DNA of 64,000 bases from assembly GCA_963743305.1 (NCBI GenBank), contig CAVUPH010000014.1, positions 384,001 to 448,000 on the forward strand. The letters are read 5' to 3'. Positions within the stretch are counted from its first letter, which is position 1, and the number at the start of each line of letters is the position of its first letter. The translations under genes were made by a program, and so were the position numbers. Under the pieces are notes generated by a model. The model made no database searches, was not told where the DNA came from, and saw nothing but the letters and a program-made list of their open reading frames with translations. The DNA is from an uncultured delta proteobacterium (lineage in GTDB: Bacteria; Desulfobacterota; RBG-13-43-22). Shown piece by piece: positions 30,957 to 40,668 of the stretch.

Positions 30957-31478
30957 ATGGCGGTTCAAATAATAATTGACGGGTATAACCTGATCCGACT
31001 TTACCCACCCCTGGCCCGGGCAGAGCAGAAAAACTTTTCGCAGGGACGTGAAGAATTGCTTCGCTGGTTGGAGGAGTACCGGAGAACAAAGCCACTCCCT
31101 TTGACCGTGGTTTTTGATGGCGGCCGAGGAGGGGGGTTGAAGGAAGAACATGACCGGTATAAGGGAATAAAAATCACCTATTCCCCTTTGGGGGTGACGG
31201 CCGATGATATCATAAAACGTTTAGTCAGGAAGGATCCAGCTCAGATTCTGGTGGTAACTTCCGACCTGGAATTAGCCAATTACTGCCAGTCTCAAGGGGC
31301 CGGGGCCATGGGGTCTCTGGAATTCGCGTCCCGGGTGAACGCCAAATTGGAAGAGGAGGCTTATTTTTCAGATAAAGAGGAGGTGGAGGAAAACCTAAAC
31401 ACCAGAAAAAAGAAGGGCGCATCCCATAGAATCTCCAAGCGGAAGAAACGGGAGACGCGCTTGTGGAACAAGATTTAG
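30957..31478 (+). CDS. NYN/YacP-like PIN ribonuclease domain protein
   Basis: IIIDGYNL, VVFDG, TADDII, VVTSD. Confidence 0.85.
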   Translation: MAVQIIIDGYNLIRLYPPLARAEQKNFSQGREELLRWLEEYRRTKPLPLTVVFDGGRGGGLKEEHDRYKGIKITYSPLGVTADDIIKRLVRKDPAQILVVTSDLELANYCQSQGAGAMGSLEFASRVNAKLEEEAYFSDKEEVEENLNTRKKKGASHRISKRKKRETRLWNKI

Positions 31479-31488
31479 CCAAAAAAAT

Positions 31489-31546
31489 TAGAATTTTACA
31501 TCCGTTGTTAGAAACAAATTTTCAGAACAATGGGTGAAAAAATCTA
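31489..31546. repeat. 58-bp palindromic repeat, copy 2, overlapping the plsY stop
   Basis: tagaattttacatccgttgttagaaacaaattttcagaacaatgggtgaaaaaatcta; same length as and colinear with 28875-28932. Confidence 0.75.
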
Positions 31547-32149
31547 ATTTTTCCAGGATTTCTCTTCCCCTCGAATAATTCTTTTGATGTTCTCGTGGTG
31601 TTTGAGGATGATGCCTAAGGCTATGAAGAGGGAAAGAACCACGGTTTCGGTCGGGTAGTGTAACCACCAGAGAAAAACCGGAAAGGAAATGGCCGATACC
31701 ATTGAACCCAAAGACACGAATTTCCCGAGGTAGGTAGTTACCAGAAAGATCGGAATGGCCAGCAGCACAACCAGAGGGCTGAATATCAGGAAAATGCCTA
31801 AGGCGGTTGCCACGCCTTTTCCCCCCTTGAAGCCCAGGTAGACTGGAAAACAATGCCCCAAAAAGGCCCCAAAGGCGATCATGGCCAACAGGTATCCGCC
31901 AGAACCGGGAAAACCGCTTAATCCCCATTGTCCGATCCAAACCGCGATCATTCCTTTAAATACATCACCCAGAAGGGTCAGAATCCCCCATTTTTTGCCC
32001 ATTACCCGGGAGACGTTGGTGGCTCCGATATTCCTACTGCCCTGCCGCTGAAGATCTCCTTGACCAAAGAGACTTGATAAAATTACACCGGTCGGTATCG
32101 CACCGATCAGGTAAGCGATTACAAATAACAAGGAAAGGTAGAGTATCAT
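31544..32149 (-). CDS. plsY: Glycerol-3-phosphate acyltransferase PlsY
   Basis: YLIGAIP, GSRNIGATN, GHCFPV...FKGGKGVAT, HHENIKR. Confidence 0.95.
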   Translation of the reverse strand: MILYLSLLFVIAYLIGAIPTGVILSSLFGQGDLQRQGSRNIGATNVSRVMGKKWGILTLLGDVFKGMIAVWIGQWGLSGFPGSGGYLLAMIAFGAFLGHCFPVYLGFKGGKGVATALGIFLIFSPLVVLLAIPIFLVTTYLGKFVSLGSMVSAISFPVFLWWLHYPTETVVLSLFIALGIILKHHENIKRIIRGEEKSWKN

Positions 32150-32170
32150 AAGGCCCTATGGTTATTAAGA

Positions 32171-33082
32171 TTATTTAATTAACTTGGATAGGGAGACGAT
32201 TTCCACCCTGCTTTTGATGGAAGGGAGCTGCTCTCTCATCACCTGCAATAACAGAGGATAAGGATGGCCAGAGCCTACCGCGAACTCTCGGGTCCGGGCC
32301 AAACGGATCAGTTTTTCAAATTGCTGCTGAATAGGCCCCACGGCGATTTCGTTATCCAGAAAGATATTTCTCTGGAGATATTTAACTCCTAAGTCTTCAG
32401 CCAAAGAAGGAACCACCGATTGGGCGGTGGTAAGGCTGTCCAAGAAAAATAGATTTCTTTTCTTTAGGGATTCTAAAACTACCGTCATCTTTTCTCTGTT
32501 CTCAGTAAAACGGGAGCCCATATGGTTATTAGCCCCCGGAACAAAAGGGAACTCTTTAAAATCATTATCGATAATATGACTGATCTCGGCGGCGCTCATA
32601 GAAAGCAGCAGCGCCCCGGGACCGGGATTGGTTTTGGGGTAGTCAAGGGGTTCCATCGGTAAATGTAATATAATTTCCTTGCCCTTTTCCAAGGCTAAAA
32701 GGGCCATTTCTTTGGCGTGAGGGGCCTGAGGCAAAAAGGAAAGCGTCAAAGGGGCTTGAAGATCGATAAATTCCTGGGCTATATGCCGATCATATCCTAA
32801 GTCATCGATTACTATAGCTATTTTGTGTAGTTCGGGAATTGGTTTAACCGCGGTCTCCTGCTTCGAGAGGGGGGCTTGAGGGGCGAATATATCTTTGGGG
32901 GGCTGCGGTTCCACGGCTTCGTAAGGAAGTTCAGGAACCTTCCTTGAAGTTTGATAGTTTTTCCAGAAATAATAACCTCCAATAGTGGAAAGAAGCAGGG
33001 TAAGCCCAAAAAGGAGAAGGATTCCCTGGTATAAGGGAATCCTTCTTTTTTTTTCGGGAGAGGTTTTGTTTTTCGGGGGCAC
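32171..33082 (-). CDS. Divergent polysaccharide deacetylase (YibQ-like)
   Basis: IAIVIDDLG, LHLPMEP, NNHMGS, FLDS, FLDN, GHP. Confidence 0.88.
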   Translation of the reverse strand: MPPKNKTSPEKKRRIPLYQGILLLFGLTLLLSTIGGYYFWKNYQTSRKVPELPYEAVEPQPPKDIFAPQAPLSKQETAVKPIPELHKIAIVIDDLGYDRHIAQEFIDLQAPLTLSFLPQAPHAKEMALLALEKGKEIILHLPMEPLDYPKTNPGPGALLLSMSAAEISHIIDNDFKEFPFVPGANNHMGSRFTENREKMTVVLESLKKRNLFFLDSLTTAQSVVPSLAEDLGVKYLQRNIFLDNEIAVGPIQQQFEKLIRLARTREFAVGSGHPYPLLLQVMREQLPSIKSRVEIVSLSKLIK

Positions 33083-33090
33083 CGGGGGCT

Positions 33091-34434
33091 TTAAGGAGCA
33101 GCCGATTTAAATACCTGGGAAAACACACCCCAGCTTTTTAATAAGTGCAAAGCACTGGCCAATTGGGGGTCGTCAGCCTCTTCCTCGGCTGGGGTCTTTT
33201 TACTTTCCGGTGGAAGAATCTCTTTGCCATTAGCGGGAACTTTGGTCTTCACTTCTTCTTCCATATGCCGTTCCAGGTCTTTTTCCCGCAACATCCGTGG
33301 TTCCTTTTCCGTGGGTTCGCCCTTTTTCAGGGGCTTCCCTTTCACCAGGATATCCGGAATGATCCCCTTGGCCTGAATGGACCGGCCGTTGGGGGTGTAG
33401 TACCGCGCGGTGGTCAGTTTTAGGCCGGACCCGTCGTCCAGGGGAATGATTGTCTGGACCGAACCCTTGCCAAACGTGGGCGTACCTAAAATAATGGCCC
33501 TTTTTTGGTCTTGAAGTGCTCCGGCGACAATCTCGGAGGCGCTGGCGCTGCCCTCATTGACCAAGACCACCATCGGGTATTTTTGGGGGGTCTTATTAGG
33601 ATGCGCGTTGAACTTTAAGTTTTGATCTTTGAGTCGCCCTTGGGTATAGACAATCAATCCGGACTCCAGAAATTCATCGGCTATTTTCACCGCTTCGTTC
33701 AATAGCCCGCCCGGATCGTTTCGCAAGTCCAAAATCAATCCCTTTAATCCCCCCGGAGCGGCTTCCAACTTCTTTAAGGCCGCCTGGAAATCTTCGGTAG
33801 TTTTATCCTGAAAGGTGCTAATTCGGATATAACCAAAATTATCTTCCAAACTTTTGGATTTAACGCTCTTTATGGGGATGACTTCCCGGGTGATGCTATA
33901 CTTTTTGGTTTCTTTTTCGCCTTCGTGCAGGATGGTCAGATTAACTTTTGTTCCTCTTGTTCCCCGGATCAAACGGACCGCCTCGGTCAAGCTCATATTC
34001 TTGGAGGATTTTTCGTTGATTTGAAGAATTTTATCGCCGGCCCGCAATCCGGCCTTATCCGCCGGGGTTCCCTCAATGGGTGAAACCACGGTCAGGATGC
34101 CATCTTTCAAAGTGATTTCAATTCCGATGCCGCTGAAGATCCCGGTGGTTTCGATTTCCAGTTCTTTAAATTCCTCCGGGGTCAAAAAGGCCGAATGGGG
34201 GTCCAGGGTGTTGACCATCCCTTTGATGGCTCCATAAATGAGGTCCTTGGAGTCCTTTTCCTCCACATATTTTTTTTGAATTTCCGAAAGGGCTTCACCA
34301 AAAATCTTAATTTTCTGGAAGGTCTTGTCCGAGTCCGCGGCGATGGTCGGACCGCCCTGTTGGTCGATGAAGACGAAGAAAGTAAGGAGCACGAGAATCA
34401 GACTGGCATATTTAATTTTTGCCGTTTTAGACAT
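33091..34434 (-). CDS. ctpA: C-terminal processing protease, S41 family
   Basis: LDPHS, GIGI (PDZ), DLRNDPGGLL, SASASEI, FGKGSVQ. Confidence 0.92.
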   Translation of the reverse strand: MSKTAKIKYASLILVLLTFFVFIDQQGGPTIAADSDKTFQKIKIFGEALSEIQKKYVEEKDSKDLIYGAIKGMVNTLDPHSAFLTPEEFKELEIETTGIFSGIGIEITLKDGILTVVSPIEGTPADKAGLRAGDKILQINEKSSKNMSLTEAVRLIRGTRGTKVNLTILHEGEKETKKYSITREVIPIKSVKSKSLEDNFGYIRISTFQDKTTEDFQAALKKLEAAPGGLKGLILDLRNDPGGLLNEAVKIADEFLESGLIVYTQGRLKDQNLKFNAHPNKTPQKYPMVVLVNEGSASASEIVAGALQDQKRAIILGTPTFGKGSVQTIIPLDDGSGLKLTTARYYTPNGRSIQAKGIIPDILVKGKPLKKGEPTEKEPRMLREKDLERHMEEEVKTKVPANGKEILPPESKKTPAEEEADDPQLASALHLLKSWGVFSQVFKSAAP

Positions 34435-34470
34435 AAATCCCCCAGGAAATAAGATAAGGTTAAATTAAAT

Positions 34471-34630
34471 TTGACGGACTCACAAAAAGTTCGTCAACAG
34501 ACCGACGGCGATCAAGCCCCGGTCTGAGGTAGGGGTGGAACCATTGGAATTCACTTCCAATGGCGGGGGAGGGGAAGCCATCCCCCGCCGAGCAGAAAGT
34601 CGTTTTTTGGACTTTTTGCGAGGTTATCAA
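34471..34630. mobile_element. MITE-like element with imperfect 22-bp terminal inverted repeats
   Basis: Left end ttgacggactcacaaaaagttc; reverse complement of right end ttgataacctcgcaaaaagtcc; no ORF. Related ends (ggactttttgc) occur near 12030 and 30900. Confidence 0.6.
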
Positions 34631-34632
34631 CT

Positions 34633-35988
34633 TTATTGATTTCCCATCGCCTTCTGCAGTCTGGCATCGCCAATCTGAAACCCATATAGGGCGCGGTAAT
34701 AATTCACTTTGGCCTGGGTCAGCAGAGTCTGGGCGTCAAACAATTCCAAGGTTGTGGCCACTTGCTCACGGAAGCGGACCTCACTGATTCGAAAGTTTTC
34801 TTCGGCCTGCTCGATAGCTTTGAGAGCCACGCCGATATTTTTTTCCGATTCTTTCAGGTTAATATAGGCTTCCTGCACTTCCAATTGAACGGAGTCCTGG
34901 ACCTGGGTTAAGGCGGCCTTCATCTGCTCCCGCTCCAAAATTTTTTCTTGAACCAGATAATGGGTCCGACCCCATTCCCAGAAATTCCACTTTATCCCGG
35001 CACTGATTTCAAAATTATCGGCATAGGTAAAATCGCTGCCGGAGACGTTGGGGGTGTCGCCCTCTTTCTTGTACCGACTTTGGAAATAGACCTGGGGGTA
35101 GTATTCACTCCGGGCTAATTGGATATTTTTTTGGGCTATCTCCAGTTGGGTATGCACTTCTTTTACTTCCGGACGTTTTTGCAGGGCCTCCTGCTGGCAT
35201 TCGCTCAATCTCTTTTCATAGGGTTCGTACTGCTGGATATCCTGAACCGACACCCGTTGCTCCAAAGGCAGTCGTAAAAGGGTGTTTAATTGAGATTGGC
35301 TCAATAAGACCAGATTTTCCGCCCGAACCAGCTTTTGCCGGGCATCGGCTAACTCGACTTCGGATTTCAACAAGTCATTTAAAGGGATCAGGCCCACTTG
35401 AAAAAAGTCCTGAGCGATGCGGACATTATCCACGATTTGAAGAACTGTTTGCTCGGCCACCAGTTTGAGTTGCTGGTTTCCCAGCAAGTTAAAATAGGTT
35501 TCCTTGACGCGCAGGGCCAATTGGAGTTGCTCCTGCTGAAATTTTATTTTTGAGAGATCCACTCCCAATTGGGCCAAGTCATAATTAGTAATCAGAGCCA
35601 GACCGGTAAAAATAGGCTGCTCCAAGGTGACATTGAAACTGTAATTGTCTTGGGTGCCAACGGCAAAGGTACTTTCCGGTATGGTAAACACACCAAAGTC
35701 CTGGGCCGGGATCTTGGCCTTGGCGGGATTGTCAATATAAGTATAATTATATTGACTAGTTAGCTTAGGAAAAAAACCGGTTTGCGCCCTTTTCTTTTTA
35801 TAGGCAGCCGATTCGATGGCTTCTTTGGAAGCTTGTAAAGTTGGACTGACCTCAAAAGCCCGGGCGATAGCCTCTGCCAGGGTCCAGGTTTTCAACGAGG
35901 TCTCCGAGGCCGGGGCGACTCCGGTCAAGCAGGCCAGGAGCAATCCCGGGATGAGGACTCGAAAAGACCATGTAATCAAAGGCAGCAT
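34633..35988 (-). CDS. TolC-family outer membrane efflux protein
   Basis: Signal peptide; two OEP-like repeats (FFPKL...LEQPIF; YYPQV...WNFWEWG). Confidence 0.88.
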   Translation of the reverse strand: MLPLITWSFRVLIPGLLLACLTGVAPASETSLKTWTLAEAIARAFEVSPTLQASKEAIESAAYKKKRAQTGFFPKLTSQYNYTYIDNPAKAKIPAQDFGVFTIPESTFAVGTQDNYSFNVTLEQPIFTGLALITNYDLAQLGVDLSKIKFQQEQLQLALRVKETYFNLLGNQQLKLVAEQTVLQIVDNVRIAQDFFQVGLIPLNDLLKSEVELADARQKLVRAENLVLLSQSQLNTLLRLPLEQRVSVQDIQQYEPYEKRLSECQQEALQKRPEVKEVHTQLEIAQKNIQLARSEYYPQVYFQSRYKKEGDTPNVSGSDFTYADNFEISAGIKWNFWEWGRTHYLVQEKILEREQMKAALTQVQDSVQLEVQEAYINLKESEKNIGVALKAIEQAEENFRISEVRFREQVATTLELFDAQTLLTQAKVNYYRALYGFQIGDARLQKAMGNQ

Positions 35989-36188
35989 AAATCCAGGATC
36001 GTTTTTCTATTTATAATTAAAAAAGCATTATAATCCGAATCAGGTTAAGTCAAGTGAAAAAGCAGGGAATATCTTTATTTAATTAAAATAGTTGTCGAGG
36101 ACTTAGCCGGTGGGGGAAAAGTGGGGAACCTTGTCGAGACAGGGTTCCTCACCGTTTGAACCAGCGGTATCTGAGAGAGATCCGGTGA

Positions 36189-36974
36189 TTAACCCGAATG
36201 CTTCACCGTATTAAACAATTCCAGGGCTTGCCGGGGGGTCGCTTTTTCGTGGACTACGGCCCGAACGGCCTGGATCATGGCCTTGGGATTCTCGGATTGA
36301 AAGATGTTCCGCCCCATGTCCACGCCCACGGCCCCCCGTTGCACGGCATTGTAGGCCAACTCCAGGGCCTCGGGTTCAGGCAGTTTCTTACCACCGGCGA
36401 TCACCACCGGGACCGGGCAACTGTTGACCAGTTTGTCGAAATCTTCACAATAATATGTTTTTATCAAATGCGCTCCCAGTTCAGCAGCTATTCGCGAAGC
36501 CAGGCTTAAGTAGCGGACATCCCTGCCCATTTCCTTGCCGACGGCCGTGACGGCCAAAATGGGAATGCCGTATTTTTCCCCTTCATTAATCAGGTTGGAC
36601 AAGGAGACCAAGGTCTGTTTTTCATATTCCGCACCGATAAAAATGGACAGGGCCAGTCCGGAAGCATTCAGCCGGATGGCGTCTTCCATAGATAGGGTGA
36701 TTTCTTCATTGGACAGCTCTTTCAGGACACTGGAGCCTCCCGAGACCCTCAGGACGATCGGGACCTGGACTTCCTCGGGGATCGAACTCCTTAACATCCC
36801 CCGGTTAAGCATCAGGCAATCCGCATAGGGAATCAACGGAACAATGGTTTCACCGGGCTTTTCCAGGCCTGAAGTAGGCCCTAAAAAATAACCATGATCC
36901 ACGGCCAGCATCACGGTCCGGCCGGTATCCGGTTTGATAATCTTCGCTAAACGATTTTTCATGCCCCAATCCAC
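36189..36974 (-). CDS. lsrF: LsrF-type class I aldolase/thiolase
   Basis: DWGMKNRL, AVDHGYFLGP, IKTYY, IAGGKK, DMGRNIFQ. Confidence 0.85.
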   Translation of the reverse strand: MDWGMKNRLAKIIKPDTGRTVMLAVDHGYFLGPTSGLEKPGETIVPLIPYADCLMLNRGMLRSSIPEEVQVPIVLRVSGGSSVLKELSNEEITLSMEDAIRLNASGLALSIFIGAEYEKQTLVSLSNLINEGEKYGIPILAVTAVGKEMGRDVRYLSLASRIAAELGAHLIKTYYCEDFDKLVNSCPVPVVIAGGKKLPEPEALELAYNAVQRGAVGVDMGRNIFQSENPKAMIQAVRAVVHEKATPRQALELFNTVKHSG

Positions 36975-37115
36975 GATAATTTTCCTCCTTCCGAGTCTGA
37001 TATATTGATCAAATGAACGACAGACTAATGTCCGGGACAGCCCGGATTTTGACTGAAATTACTTAGGTATCTATACAATTTAACAGCGCCGCCCCTATAA
37101 AACAAGGGATTTTTG

Positions 37116-38144
37116 TCACTTTTGCGGAGCGATGATGACTTTTAGGGAGGTATCGCCTTCGGCCACTAAACGAAACCCCTCCTGGGTCTGGGCTAAAGGG
37201 TAGCGGTGGGTGATCAACCGGTCCAGATCCAGGATGCCGGTCTGGATGAGTTGACTGGCCCGCCAGTGGTCTGCCGGGCTGCCGGCGTAAGAGGTGGTCA
37301 GGGTGATGTCGTTTCGGAAAAAAAGATCGTTGATGGACAAAGGGATGGTCACCCCCTGGTCGGTGGGGGCAAAAAAAAGAACCGTTCCTCCCCGTTCCAC
37401 GGAGGCCAAGGCCTGAAGCTGGGCTTGCCGGGCCCCGGTGCAGACCAGAACTCGGTCGGCCAAAAGACCGCCGTTAACTTCCTGAAGCAAGGATGGTATG
37501 AAGTGGTCGGCGGGGAAAACGAAATCGGCCCCCAGTCGGCGGGCCGCCTCCAGACGGAAGGAACTGAGATCGGTGGCCACAATCCGGCCGGCCCCCAAGG
37601 ATCGGGCCAGTTGAATATGAAGCAAACCGGCCAGGCCGCTCCCCAGGACCAGGACCGTCTGCCCGGGACTGATCCGGGCGATCTGCTGGGCCCTAAGCAC
37701 GCAGGCCAGGGGCTCGATGAAGGTGGCGGCTTCATAGGACAGGTCCTCCGGCAGAGGGTAGATCCCGCGGTCCACATTGATGGCCGGAAGACGGACGAAT
37801 TCGGCAAACCCTCCGGGATAGAAGTTGGTTCGGCGCAGGGTCTCACAAACGGTCGGATGGCCGCTCAGGCAATAATGACAGGTGTTACAGGGCACGTGAT
37901 GGGAGGCGGCCACCCGGTCCCCGGGGCGGTATTTCTCGACCTGGGCCCCCACCTCCACAATTTCGCCGCCGATTTCATGGCCCAGGACCAGGGGGGCCTT
38001 GTGAATTCGATACCATTCCATCACGTCGCTGCCGCAGATCCCGCTGGCTTCAATGCGTATCAGGACCTCCTCGGGCCCGATTTCCGGCCGGGGCAGCTCT
38101 TCGATCCGGATGTCCCGGTTGTTATAGTACATGGCTACACGCAT
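37116..38144 (-). CDS. Zinc-dependent medium-chain (polyol/threonine-type) dehydrogenase
   Basis: GICGSD, LGHE, CNTCHYC...C, EPLAC, LGSGLAG. Confidence 0.88.
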   Translation of the reverse strand: MRVAMYYNNRDIRIEELPRPEIGPEEVLIRIEASGICGSDVMEWYRIHKAPLVLGHEIGGEIVEVGAQVEKYRPGDRVAASHHVPCNTCHYCLSGHPTVCETLRRTNFYPGGFAEFVRLPAINVDRGIYPLPEDLSYEAATFIEPLACVLRAQQIARISPGQTVLVLGSGLAGLLHIQLARSLGAGRIVATDLSSFRLEAARRLGADFVFPADHFIPSLLQEVNGGLLADRVLVCTGARQAQLQALASVERGGTVLFFAPTDQGVTIPLSINDLFFRNDITLTTSYAGSPADHWRASQLIQTGILDLDRLITHRYPLAQTQEGFRLVAEGDTSLKVIIAPQK

Positions 38145-38275
38145 ACCTGACTCCTGAAACCCTTCCGAGGGGAGGGAAAGGGGAATTTAATTTTTTCCCA
38201 TATTACGAGATGGAGGGCGATAATATCCAGAAAAAAGAAAGACCTTCAAGAGGACTGAAGAAGGATTAAGCGGCG

Positions 38276-38599
38276 ATGAAGAAAGACAAGAATATCAAAA
38301 GCTATACGGCGGCAGAGCTTAAAGTCAAACGTGCGGAAAGCCACACCGATTTGAACAAGCTTGACGCCATGACGGATGCAAAACTGGAACGGCTGATCGC
38401 CGAGGACGAAGACGAGCGCGGTATTCGGCCCGACTGGACGCAGGCAAGACTCATTTTACCACAAGCCAAGCAATCCGTACACTTACGCCTTGAACAAGAC
38501 ATTATTAGGTACTTTAAGGCGTAGAGGAAGGGGCATATTTCCCGAATGCAAGCCGTTCTCAAGGCTTATGTCGATGCCCACCGGCCACACGTCAAGTGA
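38276..38599 (+). pseudogene. BrnA-family antitoxin interrupted by an in-frame TAG (38522-38524)
   Basis: KQSVHLRLEQDIIRYFKA*RKGHISRMQAVLKAYV; the BrnA-like motif continues after the stop. Confidence 0.7.
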
Positions 38600-38619
38600 G
38601 GGAAGGTCGAAAACACGCC

Positions 38620-38709
38620 ATGACCATGAAGAACCCCCCCCATCCGGGCGAGATTATCCGGGACTTGTGCATCAAACCACTTTATGACTCAAACAGGCCC
38701 CAGATTTGA
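38620..38709 (+). pseudogene. N-terminal fragment of a HigA-family antitoxin
   Basis: MTMKNPPHPGEIIRDLCIKPL, then loss of similarity and a stop. Confidence 0.7.
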
Positions 38710-38922
38710 GCGGCTAATGCCGAAGGTTGCTTAAGCCCATCAATGACCGACCTCAAGACCATTCCTTGAAAACCTGGGGCGGAACGGGAGGGTTGGTTCG
38801 AGTTATCCGGGAAATGATCGAGGCCCTGACTTCTTTTATAAGGTCCGATCGGGGAGGGGACATGGGGAACCTCCCGAGAGCCCTCCCCCCGATACCCTGA
38901 GGGGAGGGCCATTGAAAGATTT

Positions 38923-40344
38923 CTAGGAAAGAACTTCCCCCGGTTTTTCTTCCAACCCGTATTTCCATTTTAAAAACTGCTCGCCGGTGGTGGGATAGAG
39001 GGCATAAATGAGCAGGTCAAAATCGTCCTTGGCCAGGTCCCCGATTTTTTTACGGGCCTCTTCCAGTTCCGGTTCCAGGTAGTCGGCCGCCCGCCCGGTA
39101 ACCGGGGTCTGGCCCCGCTTGTAGTTTTTAAGCACCAATTTCTGCACTTCAGGGTCAATGGGGGTGGGGGTCTTACCATAGAGGCCGTAGACCAGATCCT
39201 TGACCTGATTGGTGACCACCTTGTATTTCCCCAAAAGGACATTCAGGACGGCCTGCACTCCCACGATCTGGGAGGTGGGAGTGACCAGGGGCGGCGTGCC
39301 TAATTCCTTCCGTGTTTTTGGGACCTCAGCATAGACCTCGTTCAGGCGATCCAGGGCCTTGGCCTCTTTTAATTGGCTGACCAGGTTGGAGATCATACCG
39401 CCCGGGACCTGGTGGACCAGGACCGCCGTGTCGATCACCGACATGCGGTTGGTGGCCAGGTATTCTTTATATTTAGGAGCAATGGTTTCCAGATATTCAC
39501 CCATCTCGAGCAGGGCATTCAAGTTCAATCCGGGATCCCGGGGGGTTCCTGCCAGCGTGGCCACAATGGGTTCAATGGCCGGCTGGGAAGTCCTTAAAGC
39601 AAAAGGGGCCAGGCAGGTATCGATGATATCGACACCGGCTTCAATGGCCTTGAGATAGGTCATGGAGGCCATGCCGCTGGTATAATGGGTGTGCAAATGG
39701 ATGGGGATGGTGATGTTCTTTTTGAGCTCGGAAATCAACCAGGCGATATCGTAAGGAGCCATAATGCCGGCCATGTCCTTGATGCAGAGGGTGTCGGCGC
39801 CCATCGCTTCCAGCTCCTTGGCCTTATTCACGTAATAGTCCATGTTGAAGACCGGACCGCCCAAGGTTTTTTCCGTCAGGGAATAACAGATGGCCGCCTG
39901 AAAATGCTTGCCGTTGGCCTTGATCCGCTCCACACAGGTCTCGAAGTTTCGAAAATCATTCAAGGCGTCGAATACCCGGAAAATATCCATGCCGGCTTCA
40001 CAGGTTTTGTCCACGAAGAGACGGCAGACATCATCGGCGTAGTTGCGGTATCCCACTAAATTTTGTCCCCGCAGGAGCATGGTCAGAGGGGTCTTCTTAA
40101 TATGCTTTTTTAGGGTACGCAACCGGTCAAAGGGATCTTCGGCCAAGAAGCGGTGCATGGTGTCAAAGGTCGCACCGCCCCAGACTTCCATGGCCCAAAA
40201 GCCCATTTCATCCATCCGTTCGGCGATAGGCAGCATGTCTTCGAGACGCATTCGGGTAGCCAGCAAAGACTGGTGGCCGTCCCGCAGGGTGTTGTCCTGA
40301 ATTTTAATCGGGTTCTTCGGCCCATCCATAAACATATGATTCAT
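38923..40344 (-). CDS. Biotin-dependent carboxyltransferase subunit (PycB/OadA/transcarboxylase 5S-like) lacking a biotin-carrier domain
   Basis: LRDGHQSLLATRM, WGGATFD, IKDMAG, HLHTH, VPGGM, LVTPTSQIVG; no AMKM motif. Confidence 0.88.
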   Translation of the reverse strand: MNHMFMDGPKNPIKIQDNTLRDGHQSLLATRMRLEDMLPIAERMDEMGFWAMEVWGGATFDTMHRFLAEDPFDRLRTLKKHIKKTPLTMLLRGQNLVGYRNYADDVCRLFVDKTCEAGMDIFRVFDALNDFRNFETCVERIKANGKHFQAAICYSLTEKTLGGPVFNMDYYVNKAKELEAMGADTLCIKDMAGIMAPYDIAWLISELKKNITIPIHLHTHYTSGMASMTYLKAIEAGVDIIDTCLAPFALRTSQPAIEPIVATLAGTPRDPGLNLNALLEMGEYLETIAPKYKEYLATNRMSVIDTAVLVHQVPGGMISNLVSQLKEAKALDRLNEVYAEVPKTRKELGTPPLVTPTSQIVGVQAVLNVLLGKYKVVTNQVKDLVYGLYGKTPTPIDPEVQKLVLKNYKRGQTPVTGRAADYLEPELEEARKKIGDLAKDDFDLLIYALYPTTGEQFLKWKYGLEEKPGEVLS

Positions 40345-40594
40345 TCCAATATCCCCCTTTACAAAAGGTTATCTATCCGCGAATTCCCCGATTCGCCGGT
40401 TAATCTAAATTTACTTTAAAAAAAGAATGGCGTCAAGAAAGGGATTAATTTCATTTTTGATATGTCTTTTTCAGATGACACCTCAGACATTTCAGGTTTC
40501 AACTCCCGATCACGGCCAAGAGACTTATAATCCGCCAAGTTCTTAACTTATTATTATCAGAAGAAATTTAAGCAAAATGAGCTTCCAGCGAATG

Positions 40595-40610
40595 TGGCAT
40601 AGATATTGCC
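40595..40610 (+). promoter_or_regulatory. Sigma-54 promoter upstream of the usp-DVU0150-tauE operon
   Basis: TGGCATAGATATTGCC = GG-N10-GC. Confidence 0.72.
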
Positions 40611-40668
40611 AATGAATAAGGTGTTCAAATATTTCGGGTAAGCTAATCCTAGCAAAAGGAGGTCTTAT

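Noticed and set aside
38522-38524. In-frame TAG in brnA as possible pyrrolysine
   Set aside because: It fits a CAG-to-TAG change in a decaying TA locus, and no pyl genes are in the window.
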